Translations under genes and position numbers: made by a program
DNA from: a virus
Taxonomy: Duplodnaviria; Caudoviricetes
IMG/VR virus record: IMGVR_UViG_3300045391_005020
Length of the DNA stretch: 64,000 nucleotides
Strand: one strand, 5' to 3'
The notes under the pieces: generated by a model
What the model saw: the letters and a program-made list of their open reading frames with translations, nothing else
Told to the model about the DNA's origin: nothing
The model's database searches: none
Shown here: piece by piece, positions 40,082 to 48,005 of the stretch
Numbering within the stretch: position 1 is the stretch's first letter
Layout of the letters: each line of letters begins with the position of its first letter

Positions 40082-41396
40082 CCACTTCCCTGAACACCGT
40101 GCGCGACGGGTGCGCGTATCGCTCGGTGAGCTTCGTCGAGCTGTGTCCCATGAGTCCCTGGATGTGGTAGATGTCCACGTCCTTCTCGGTCAACCGGGTG
40201 GCGTACGTATGGCGCAGATCGTGGATCCTGAGCGTCGGTTTTCCGAGTTCCTCCCGGACTCGTTCCCACGCCTTGCGGAGCCCGACGGCCGGGCGTGGCC
40301 CGAACCGCTGTTCTTCCGCGGCGAGCCGCATCTTCACTGCTTCTTCGCGGGTCAAGAAAACCCCGAGGTACTTGGGGCGACCGCCGCGGCCACTCCCGAT
40401 CTCGGCGCGGTACCGGATGGCGCCGCCCTTCTGGCGCACCTTGCGGACGCCGAGGATTTGTCCGCCAGGAACCGATCGCTTCGGGAGCCGCGTGTTGCGC
40501 TCGCGATCGAGCCGAGACAGGGTGCCAGCGTGCCACGGAAAGATTGGCTCGGCGGCGCGGGCCTGGGCGACCTGCTTCAACTCCGCGACCGTGGCGACAC
40601 CGGCGCGACGCAGCAGCATGTCGATCGTTCGGTTCCGGAGCGGAACCTCGCGCATCTTATGGTTCTTGGTCACGTACCCCAGCAGACGCACGAACGGCTC
40701 GAGCTTCTCGGTGAACAGGATCGAGCTCCACGTGAGCGCCAAACCTTCACGCCGCCGCGCGCCCGTATCCATCAAGAGCATCGCGTAGTCGCGCAGGTCG
40801 GGCGTTGGCTCGCACAGCGCCAGCAACCGATCCGCTTCGGCCTCGCTCAGGGCCAGGTAGTTCGCAACCCCGACCGGCACCTTTTTGAATTCCGGAACCG
40901 GCATCCCGGCTCCCCAAAACTTGTTCGCGTACCGGCACACCACCGTGACGTTCATGAGCGTGGTGTTCACCGTGTTGGGGGCCAAGCCGGCCGCCAGCAT
41001 GGCGCGTTTGAAATCGCTCAGGCGCTCGGTGGTCACCGCGGTCAGCGGCGTCTTCTCGCCCAGGAACTCGACGATCCGGCCGAACAGAGACGCGCGGGTT
41101 GCCAAGGACTGCTTGTAGGGTCGATCGTGGTAGCAGGGGGCCACCACCTCGACCAGGTAGTCGTCGAACGCTTTCTTGACCGTCAGAGCCGAGCGCTCCG
41201 GCGGTGCCACGGTCACGGCCATGATCGGCACATGCTGGGCCTGGTCGCGCGCCGCCTTCCGGAGATTCACCTTCCACTCGTCCTCGAACTCGCGCGCGTC
41301 GTTCTTGGTCGGGAAGCCGCGCCGCGTGAAGCGTTGGTTCTTAAACTCGAACTGGACGTAGTAGGAATCGGTGCGTTTGTCGAAGCAGGCAGACAT
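40062..41396 (-). CDS. int: Tyrosine integrase with N-terminal arm-binding domain and an inserted AP2-like domain
   Basis: TGARRRE, HDLRHTYAT and LMGHSSTKLTERYAH catalytic motifs. Insertion GVRKVRQ..YRAEI..KYLGVFLTREEA. Confidence 0.92.
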   Translation of the reverse strand: MSACFDKRTDSYYVQFEFKNQRFTRRGFPTKNDAREFEDEWKVNLRKAARDQAQHVPIMAVTVAPPERSALTVKKAFDDYLVEVVAPCYHDRPYKQSLATRASLFGRIVEFLGEKTPLTAVTTERLSDFKRAMLAAGLAPNTVNTTLMNVTVVCRYANKFWGAGMPVPEFKKVPVGVANYLALSEAEADRLLALCEPTPDLRDYAMLLMDTGARRREGLALTWSSILFTEKLEPFVRLLGYVTKNHKMREVPLRNRTIDMLLRRAGVATVAELKQVAQARAAEPIFPWHAGTLSRLDRERNTRLPKRSVPGGQILGVRKVRQKGGAIRYRAEIGSGRGGRPKYLGVFLTREEAVKMRLAAEEQRFGPRPAVGLRKAWERVREELGKPTLRIHDLRHTYATRLTEKDVDIYHIQGLMGHSSTKLTERYAHPSRTVFREVVRKLDS

Positions 41397-41437
41397 GCTA
41401 TTTCTCCCATTGGTGTCACTACGGACTCACAGCACTT

Positions 41438-41765
41438 GGTCACCTGCAAGCCACCGTACCCCCTTTGGGTGCAATTCAAAATAGCGACTGATTGGTTTCG
41501 TTCGATGGTGTCATACACTCGGTATTTACCGATATTCTGTGCATTCCGTGCAGGCGATCCGATCATCGTAACAATAGATTTTAACCAGTGTTAAAACCCA
41601 TCTTTCGTAATTCAGATAGCCACGGTTCGATTAAATTCCCCAACCGCAGCCATTTGCACGACTTGTACCTAACAAAACCGTCTAGCTACTACTCCCGTTC
41701 GAAATCATAAAGGTAGTAAAAGGAGCGATGCGGACTCGCCGGTCACCTGCAAAGTCACCTGCAAA
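41438..41765. repeat. attP-like region with three direct GTCACCTGCAA repeats (putative arm sites)
   Basis: Copies near 41439, 41742 and 41754 in an AT-rich gap next to int. Confidence 0.6.
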
Positions 41766-41793
41766 CTACTGGGTTTATGGATGAAAAACGAAG

Positions 41794-41865
41794 TGCCCAA
41801 GAGAGGGATCGCACCTCCGACCTTTCGCTTACGAAGCGACTGCTCTACTGCTGAGCTACTCGGGC
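41794..41865 (-). tRNA. tRNA-Thr(CGT), no encoded CCA
   Basis: GTCGC-TTCGTAA-GCGAA anticodon arm in a canonical cloverleaf. Confidence 0.85.
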
Positions 41866-41912
41866 GCATGGGCCGCATCGTGCTCAAACGACGCCACGCG
41901 TCTAGGGGTGAC

Positions 41913-41987
41913 TGGTGCCCACGGCCACGAATCGCACGAGCGTCTCCTGAGTACAAAACAGGTGTCCTGCTACTGGACGACGCGGGC
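41913..41987 (-). tRNA. tRNA-Thr(TGT)
   Basis: CCTGT-TTTGTAC-TCAGG, CCA. Bulged T-stem. Confidence 0.7.
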
Positions 41988-41993
41988 ATTGAA

Positions 41994-42069
41994 TGGACTA
42001 CGCGATCGGTGCTGCCCCGACTTGGTCCTGCTTGGAAGGCAGGCGATCTGCTAGATGACCCACGCGTAG
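41994..42069 (-). tRNA. tRNA-Gly(TCC)
   Basis: CCTGC-CTTCCAA-GCAGG with U73. T-loop GGCAGCA. Confidence 0.8.
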
Positions 42070-42076
42070 GTGAAAG

Positions 42077-42334
42077 TTAGATTGGTTCGCCGTGCAGCTG
42101 AATCAGCGCATGGCATCGATGGGTGAGTTCGAAGCACGCCATCGCGGTCTGGTTGGCGACCTCATGGGGAACGTAGAGACGACCCCGTTCGGGATCGAAG
42201 TGCGCGCCGCGCAGCCACGGCATCTCGGTTAGGATCGGAACACCGATCGCCATCAGCTCGTCGTAGGTGAGCCAGTACCGGTACGGCCAGCTCAGAGTGG
42301 CGGGTGCTTCAGGTGTCTCTTGGCCGTCGGGCAT
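42077..42334 (-). CDS. Hypothetical protein
   Basis: 85 aa ORF in a tRNA spacer. Confidence 0.45.
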   Translation of the reverse strand: MPDGQETPEAPATLSWPYRYWLTYDELMAIGVPILTEMPWLRGAHFDPERGRLYVPHEVANQTAMACFELTHRCHALIQLHGEPI

Positions 42335-42531
42335 GAGATCTGGAATCCGATCGGAGCCGGACGGTTCAGGATGTCGTCGTGGCGGGCTTCGTCTTCTTCG
42401 CGGGCGCAGCGAGCGGCCCGGATCTCGTTGATCAGGAACATGATGGCGGCTCCTACCAGGAAACCGGCCGCGAATCCGACGGAGAGTATGATTGGCACAC
42501 CCGGATCATAACGAGTCAAGTCTATTGTCAA

Positions 42532-42606
42532 TGGTGCTGGCCCAGGGAATTGAACCCCGGTCTGAGCGGTACGAAGGCCCTGTTCTGCTAACTAAACTAG
42601 GCCAGC
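42532..42606 (-). tRNA. tRNA-Thr(CGT), second copy
   Basis: GCTGGCC/GGCCAGC acceptor stem, TTCGTAC loop, CCA. Confidence 0.7.
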
Positions 42607-42660
42607 ATGGCGAGACAATAGATTTGACTGACAGTGTAATATTACATACAGTCGGCCGGT

Positions 42661-43431
42661 ATGCGTACCGCCCTCCTGCTGTTACTATTCGGAACTCTGT
42701 CGGCCGCGGTCCCGGGAATCCCTGAGCCGCCGGCGCCGGGCCCGATCCCGGAAGTGACGCTCGGGTGGTTCAACGACTGGCACGCGATCCCGACCACGCA
42801 CTCGGATGATCACCGGACCAACGCGTTCATCGTGGGGATCCGGATCGACGACTGGGTCTACCAAGTCGACGACTCGATGCTCACGTCGCGCGAGCTCGGG
42901 GTCAGGAACGACGAACTCTCGCTGACCGCAGGCTACATCATCGCGAACGACGAGTCGGCCTCGATCGTCCTCGGCGGCGGGGTTCGGCTCCGCGGAGACT
43001 ATGGCGGCGAGTCCACCCAGAACTGGTGGCATTCGCAGTGGCGCGATTACCCGGTCCACCTTGCGTACGAAGACTCGGTTCCGAGCCCGATTCTCTACAT
43101 GATGAATCACCTGCGGACGTTTCCGCTCAACGATCATTCGCTCGAGATCATCGCGGACGGTGAAGTCCTGTCGGACGCGCTCGCCGTCGATCTCGGGCTG
43201 CGCGACGTCGTGTTCCTGAATGACGCCGGTGACATCCGTATCTGGTTCGGCCCGCGCTGGCAGTTCCGCGAAGATTGGCAGGACAATCAGATCGGTCCCG
43301 AGATCGCTCGATTCGAACGAGGTCTCTGGATCGACTACGGGATCCAGATCGGTCACTTCAGCCTCGGAGAACGCCATGCGATCGGGCGCTCCGAAGGCAT
43401 GGGCACGATCAGCTGGAGCTGTGGATTCTAA
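42661..43431 (+). CDS. Outer-membrane beta-barrel, lipid A deacylase LpxR-like
   Basis: Signal peptide, ND...DD.RTNA motif, QNWWH, amphipathic strands and terminal Phe. TTGACT-17-TACAGT promoter upstream. Confidence 0.55.
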   Translation: MRTALLLLLFGTLSAAVPGIPEPPAPGPIPEVTLGWFNDWHAIPTTHSDDHRTNAFIVGIRIDDWVYQVDDSMLTSRELGVRNDELSLTAGYIIANDESASIVLGGGVRLRGDYGGESTQNWWHSQWRDYPVHLAYEDSVPSPILYMMNHLRTFPLNDHSLEIIADGEVLSDALAVDLGLRDVVFLNDAGDIRIWFGPRWQFREDWQDNQIGPEIARFERGLWIDYGIQIGHFSLGERHAIGRSEGMGTISWSCGF

Positions 43432-43601
43432 TGACCAAAGTACCTCTTTCGCCCTGGACGCGCCTCACGAGTCGCTCCGAACTGGAGTCTGACGCGCGCT
43501 ACTTCAAGCTGCTCGACGAAAACGGCCGGAAGCATCTGACCGCAGAAACAAAGAAGCGCATCGACGCACTCCGGATGATGTACGGCGACGACGCCTGATG
43601 A

Positions 43602-43679
43602 TGGTCGGCGCCGTGGGAGTCGAACCCACCTGTGACCGCTTATAAGACGGCTTGCGACTGAACCGGTCGCGTGACGCCA
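43602..43679 (-). tRNA. tRNA-Ile(TAT)
   Basis: GCCGT-CTTATAA-GCGGT anticodon arm, TTCGACT T-loop, CCA. Confidence 0.75.
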
Positions 43680-43682
43680 CTG

Positions 43683-44468
43683 TTATGGTTCAGGGGCCCA
43701 GGTGACCGAGCTGAACTCGATGTGCCTGGTAGAGTCTGGATTCCAGACGTCGAACACTTTGACGCCGGTTCCTTCGTCCATCGGGATATAGGCGTCCGCG
43801 GCGCTCACGTTGGTGAGCGGGCTTGGCGGGTTCGACTGATACGTTACCGCATAGAAGTTTCGCATGTAACCGTTGATTCCCGGGTTGTCGTAGCCGACGC
43901 GCATCCCGAGGAGACCAGCGCCCGTCGTGATGTTCGCCCCGACTGTTCCAGAGACCACTGAGACTCCGTTGAGAAACACAGCCGTTACGCGAGACGTGTT
44001 GACGGTGATCCTGATTGTGTTCCACGCACCGAAGTTGAATAGACCGGGAGCTGAGCTGTTCTGGAAGGCTCCGCCCGCCCATTGTGCTTGCCAGCGCAAC
44101 GATCCGTCACCCATCACCCGTAACTCATACCCGTAATTTGAGACGTTCCACGGTGCCCCGAAAGAGAACAAGCCAGCGGATCCAGAGGCGTGATTGACTT
44201 CGAACTCCCACGTGCGGGCCTGGAGACCGCCGGCCGCGATGTGCCACATCGTGTTTCCGCGCCCGTAGAACGCCTGGTTGGTGCTGCCGAGGCTCTGGAG
44301 GTTGGTGTCGAACGGCCGATCGTAAATCGTTTCCGGCATGCGCCCGCCCTGGACGGCTTCAACATGCGAGAGAGCCTCGGTCTTCCGGAACCTGTCTTGC
44401 TCGATCTGGTTCTGCTGGCCAGCTGGAGTTCGACTCTTACCGTTGTCGGTTACGCGGAATTTAGGCAT
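43683..44468 (-). CDS. Concanavalin A/LamG-like lectin domain protein
   Basis: Beta-sandwich pattern WNTIRITV..VFLNG..INGYMRNF and YIPMDEGTG..VFD. Confidence 0.6.
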   Translation of the reverse strand: MPKFRVTDNGKSRTPAGQQNQIEQDRFRKTEALSHVEAVQGGRMPETIYDRPFDTNLQSLGSTNQAFYGRGNTMWHIAAGGLQARTWEFEVNHASGSAGLFSFGAPWNVSNYGYELRVMGDGSLRWQAQWAGGAFQNSSAPGLFNFGAWNTIRITVNTSRVTAVFLNGVSVVSGTVGANITTGAGLLGMRVGYDNPGINGYMRNFYAVTYQSNPPSPLTNVSAADAYIPMDEGTGVKVFDVWNPDSTRHIEFSSVTWAPEP

Positions 44469-44506
44469 ACCACAGAGTTTATGGTTGCCATGTCGGCATA
44501 CTAGGG

Positions 44507-44582
44507 TGGCGTCGCGGGGTGGGCTCGAACCACCAGCCTCCAGCTTCGGAGGCTGGTGCTCGTCCGATCGAGCTGCCGCGAC
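44507..44582 (-). tRNA. tRNA-Arg(CCG)
   Basis: CCAGC-CTCCGAA-GCTGG, CCA. Confidence 0.85.
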
Positions 44583-44586
44583 AAAA

Positions 44587-44661
44587 TGGAACGCATGCTG
44601 GGAATCGCACCCAGATCCTCTCGCTGGCAGCGAGACGTCTTAGCTGTTAGACGACACACGC
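44587..44661 (-). tRNA. tRNA-Gly(GCC)
   Basis: TCTCG-CTGCCAG-CGAGA, U73, CCA. Confidence 0.8.
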
Positions 44662-44667
44662 GTGAAA

Positions 44668-45096
44668 CTAAAGAAGCGGAAGCTGTCCCGTCACGGGATC
44701 GATCTCGTGGTCCCAGTGTGGACCGATCGCCAGACACGTCTTGGTCGGAACCCCGTTGAACTCGGTGAGGCCGCGGTCTTCGATCAGATGACACCGTAGC
44801 CCACGAGCCTTCGCGGCCAGCTCGATGTCGAGCAAGGCCTGCTCGGACTCAACGTAGCAGCAGATCTTCCGGAAGTTGCCGAAGTACCAGGCTTGCTCGG
44901 CCGGATCCAGGAAGATCCCGTCGAGCTCGATTTTGACGTCGTTGTCCTTCAGGCCTGGACGGCTCTCGCGCGGCCCGAACACTTTGAGCATCAGGGCTGC
45001 GATGCTGGCATGAGATCCCTGAGCGATCATCTTACCCTTGCGCATATTGAGGTCCTTGCGGACCACGATCACTTGCTTAACCGAGTTGACTGACAT
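44668..45096 (-). CDS. pth2: Peptidyl-tRNA hydrolase, Pth2 family
   Basis: KQVIVVRKDLNMRKGKMIAQGSHA and DRGLTE..TCLAIGP. Confidence 0.92.
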   Translation of the reverse strand: MSVNSVKQVIVVRKDLNMRKGKMIAQGSHASIAALMLKVFGPRESRPGLKDNDVKIELDGIFLDPAEQAWYFGNFRKICCYVESEQALLDIELAAKARGLRCHLIEDRGLTEFNGVPTKTCLAIGPHWDHEIDPVTGQLPLL

Positions 45097-45135
45097 GGCA
45101 GCACTGTACAGAGTCCTTGTTGGGTTGGAAGGAAA

Positions 45136-45212
45136 TGGTCCGCCGCGTAGGACGTGCGCCTACATCCCCCGGTTAAGAGCCGGGTGCATCTGTCTGTTTA
45201 TGCTTGCAGCGA
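45136..45212 (-). tRNA. tRNA-Lys(CTT)
   Basis: CCCGG-CTCTTAA-CCGGG, CCA. Atypical T-loop CGCACGT. Confidence 0.8.
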
Positions 45213-45218
45213 ATGAAG

Positions 45219-45293
45219 TGGTTGACCACCACGGGGTCGATCCGTGTTCCCTCGGTTAAAAGCCGAGTGCATCAGCCCTAATGCTTGTGATCT
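45219..45293 (-). tRNA. tRNA-Lys(TTT)
   Basis: CTCGG-CTTTTAA-CCGAG, CCA. Confidence 0.8.
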
Positions 45294-45299
45294 GTGAAA

Positions 45300-45373
45300 T
45301 GGAGGCGCGAGGAGGAATCAAACCTCCGTGGACAGGGTTGCAATCTGCCGCCTGGTCACTCGGCCATCGCGTC
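45300..45373 (-). tRNA. tRNA-Cys(GCA)
   Basis: TTGCAAC loop, U73, CCA. Confidence 0.85.
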
Positions 45374-45470
45374 TTGAAAAGTAAAGGGTGCCCGTTCTTC
45401 CTATTGGTAGAAGAACGGGACTTGTTGGTGTCACGCGTGATGACACCACGGGTACGGTCGTCCGGCCCAG

Positions 45471-45758
45471 TCAGGCGACTTCTGGAGTTCGCTGCTCCGG
45501 GAGACCGAGGAACGCATTGCGCATGTTCTCGATGCGCGACTCTGGCGACCGGTGCGCCGTCGGCTTACCGCGGATCACAAGCGAGAGGTCGTGAAGGGTG
45601 CTGATCAGGAGCGCGTTGTAGTGCGCCTGAGACTGCGCGACGCGAGCTGCGTTGCTCACGTGTGGCTCGTGCGTGACCGCCTTGAAGGCGACCTGCATGG
45701 CAACGAGCTTCTTGAGCTCGCACCGTATTTTGTAGACGTCGTCGGAGATCTGGGACAT
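45471..45758 (-). CDS. Hypothetical helical protein downstream of the Pth2-like gene
   Basis: 95 aa with RBS aaagg, directly following the Pth2-like gene. Confidence 0.55.
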   Translation of the reverse strand: MSQISDDVYKIRCELKKLVAMQVAFKAVTHEPHVSNAARVAQSQAHYNALLISTLHDLSLVIRGKPTAHRSPESRIENMRNAFLGLPEQRTPEVA

Positions 45759-45761
45759 TGG

Positions 45762-46097
45762 TTACCTTTCAGGATTCCAGAGTTTGTGGTGACGAAACAG
45801 TTTCCTGGCCTCGCCCGAGATGGGCGCGGTCGCGAGCGCGGTAGCGGCGTTGCCGATATCGGGCTCTCGGAAGAGAGTGAGAGGAATGCCGGCCCCGGTG
45901 AGCCGCTCAGCTTCCTGGAGAAGCTCGAGCTCAGACGGGACACCGATCACGATCAGGTGGCTGATCTGGTCGGTCTGGTACGGGTGGAGGAGTGCGACCT
46001 CGTGGGTCGCGTGGGCAGCCTGAACAAGCTGCTGGGCCAATGGCAGGTCTAGCCTGACAAGGCAGTAGACGTAGCCGGGTAGCTAGGCGTTCTTCAT
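45762..46097 (-). CDS. Pth2-like protein interrupted by in-frame TAG at codon 5 (readthrough candidate)
   Basis: ATG AAG AAC GCC TAG CTA CCC GGC TAC GTC TAC... reads MKNA*LPGYVYCLVRLDLPLAQQLVQAAHA...FREPDIGNAATALAT. Confidence 0.75.
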
Positions 46098-46138
46098 GGT
46101 AACGATTTCACCAAGCTGACCAGGGCGGTCAAGGCTAT

Positions 46139-46372
46139 TCAATCTTCGTAATCCAGCTTCTGGAGCTCGTCCAGATCGCGGTCACTCAGGTGCTCTTCGG
46201 GCGAGGGCGTGTTCAGCAAGGTGACGCCGTTGATCGCGGTCACGTGCTTCATGTAGCGCTTCAGGAGCTCTTTGTAGTCGGGCTCAGCCTGCTGGACCAT
46301 AACGGCAAGCCGGTTATTCGACTTACCGATCTGGCGCAGGTTGGCTTTGAAGGTATCGGACGCTTTAGTCAT
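46139..46372 (-). CDS. Hypothetical protein (77 aa)
   Basis: Strong RBS aggag, between the suppressor tRNA and the Pth2-like gene. Confidence 0.55.
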   Translation of the reverse strand: MTKASDTFKANLRQIGKSNNRLAVMVQQAEPDYKELLKRYMKHVTAINGVTLLNTPSPEEHLSDRDLDELQKLDYED

Positions 46373-46384
46373 GGCTGGCTCCTA

Positions 46385-46460
46385 TGGTGCCCCCGGTGGG
46401 ATTCTCGCCCACAACCGCCGGGTTTAGAATCCGCCGCTCTTGATATTGAGCTACGGGGGC
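46385..46460 (-). tRNA. Amber suppressor tRNA (anticodon CTA)
   Basis: 76 nt: GCCCCCG TA GCTC AATATCAA GAGC G GCGGA TTCTAAA CCCGG CGGTT GTGGG CGAGAAT CCCAC CGGGGGC A CCA, with CTA at positions 34-36. Confidence 0.8.
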
Positions 46461-46467
46461 ATGGGGG

Positions 46468-46496
46468 ACTATGGCACAATATAACGCCACAGTCAA
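46468..46496 (-). promoter_or_regulatory. Sigma70-like promoter for the suppressor tRNA
   Basis: TTGACT-17 bp-CATAGT with TG extension. Confidence 0.6.
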
Positions 46497-46517
46497 GGCC
46501 ATTGTCACGAATCGGAC

Positions 46518-47411
46518 CTACTCCTGGCCCTCGCGCTTGTATTCATTCATCTTACTGATCTTCAGGTTGACCTCTTCGACTGCCTGCTTCTTCTGCTTGG
46601 TCTTGGCACCTTTACGGGCGCTGGCAGAGCGTTCGTCGATCATGCGGTCTCTGGTGTTGCCGAGCAGGTCCTCGGTGGCGCTGAACAGACGCTTAACCGA
46701 TTTGTCTTCGCGCCACTGCTCTATCGCCCAGGTGCAGTTCCAGTAGTTGTCGCTGGAGCCCGAACCGATGCGATCACCCAGCACCGCGTTGCGGAGGACC
46801 AAGATCGGACTGCCTTCAGGCAGATCCGTGCCGGCCAGGTATGAGTCGATGAACTCCTCGGCCTTCCGAGGATAGAAGTGATGGAAAACCACCATTGCCG
46901 CCGCGATGGTCGCGCGGGTTAAACGAGCACGTTTCGTGTTGAATTTCCCGGTCACGAACTCGAACGACGCAGACATCTTGAGGAAAGTGTCCTCGAGTTC
47001 GTCGATCGTCGGGCGGTGGTGGACGCCGGTGCACTTCAGATACTGGCTAACGATCTGATTGCAGAGACGGTTATGGGCCGGGTCATTCAGAAGTTTGAGG
47101 CACTCGAAGCTGGTACGATTGCGACCGCGGTCCGTATGCTTAGCGATTTCAGGACTACCGCCGCGCATGACGTACATCCACTGCCCTTTGCCAGTAATGA
47201 CGATCGCGGCGAGTCGGTGTTGGCCGTCGAGTACTTCACCGTCTTTACCGATGCAGATACCCTGATGGGTCGTCATGAACTCATCGTTCATAATAAGCCG
47301 GACGAAGTAATCGGTATTGGCCGGCGTCATCGGGCGCGCGTTGTTGTGGTTGTGGTTTTTTAGCAAGTCCTCGGCTATTTCCTTGGACACGTATTCTCGG
47401 TTGTACGACAT
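46518..47411 (-). CDS. ParB/Srx-like (DGQHR) domain protein
   Basis: N-terminal NARP..THQGI..LDGQHRLAAI. Confidence 0.7.
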   Translation of the reverse strand: MSYNREYVSKEIAEDLLKNHNHNNARPMTPANTDYFVRLIMNDEFMTTHQGICIGKDGEVLDGQHRLAAIVITGKGQWMYVMRGGSPEIAKHTDRGRNRTSFECLKLLNDPAHNRLCNQIVSQYLKCTGVHHRPTIDELEDTFLKMSASFEFVTGKFNTKRARLTRATIAAAMVVFHHFYPRKAEEFIDSYLAGTDLPEGSPILVLRNAVLGDRIGSGSSDNYWNCTWAIEQWREDKSVKRLFSATEDLLGNTRDRMIDERSASARKGAKTKQKKQAVEEVNLKISKMNEYKREGQE

Positions 47412-47525
47412 AGGATCTTTCCCGCCCGCTGTGGGCCATTTCGTAGACAGTGTAAATTCGCGTTACCGAGGCCAAATATACGAGCTGTTGCACACAGTCA
47501 AGATCATTGTATTGATCGTACTAAA

Positions 47526-47603
47526 TGGTCGGGATGGCGGGATTTGAACCCACGATCTCCTGGTCCCAAGCCAGGCGGAGTAACCAGACTCTCCTACACC
47601 CCT
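47526..47603 (-). tRNA. tRNA-Pro(TGG)
   Basis: CCTGG-CTTGGGA-CCAGG, CCA. Confidence 0.85.
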
Positions 47604-47610
47604 ATGAAAA

Positions 47611-47687
47611 TGGTCAGAGTGGTTGGATTTGAACCAACGATCTCCTGGATCCGAACCAGGCAGAATACCAAGCTTTCCCACACTCTG
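47611..47687 (-). tRNA. tRNA-Pro(CGG)
   Basis: CCTGG-TTCGGAT-CCAGG, CCA. Confidence 0.85.
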
Positions 47688-47692
47688 AAAAA

Positions 47693-47767
47693 TGGCGCCC
47701 CCACGCGGTGCTGCCCCGCGCTCTCCTGATAGACAATCAGGCGTCTTAGCTGATGGACGATGAGAGC
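47693..47767 (-). tRNA. tRNA-Asp(GTC)
   Basis: CCTGA-TTGTCTA-TCAGG, G73. T-loop GGCAGCA. Confidence 0.75.
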
Positions 47768-47771
47768 AAAA

Positions 47772-47866
47772 GCCCGCGCTTTATTCGACCGCCTTCGCGG
47801 CCACCCGTTCAACCGACGGGCAGGTCAGCCTTACGGCTGCGCGGAACCTGATTGCCTTGCGGCACG
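47772..47866 (-). ncRNA. Structured, pseudoknot-capable RNA in a tRNA spacer
   Basis: Four hairpins (two with GNRA loops) plus crossing pairings CAGGTT/GACCTG and CCGCGC/GCGCGG. Confidence 0.5.
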
Positions 47867-47868
47867 AA

Positions 47869-47943
47869 TGGTGGATCCGAGGTGACTCGCACACCTATCC
47901 CTCTGCTTGCAAAGCAGCCGCTCTTCTTTGGAGCTACGAACCC
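47869..47943 (-). tRNA. tRNA-Ala(TGC)
   Basis: TTTGCAA loop, G3:U70, A73, CCA. Confidence 0.85.
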
Positions 47944-48005
47944 GAAAAACATGCAGATAACGCGCTGGTTCCCGCGGCCTATTGATTTGCTATTCCGCCC
48001 GGACG

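Noticed and set aside
39882-41594. 570-aa plus-strand ORF and the many other long antisense ORFs
   Set aside because: They are shadows of real minus-strand genes in GC-rich DNA and carry no motifs.
47772-47866. Theta/HDV-like ribozyme
   Set aside because: The helix order is similar, but L3 is a GNRA tetraloop with no P1.1 pairing, so it is kept only as an unknown structure.
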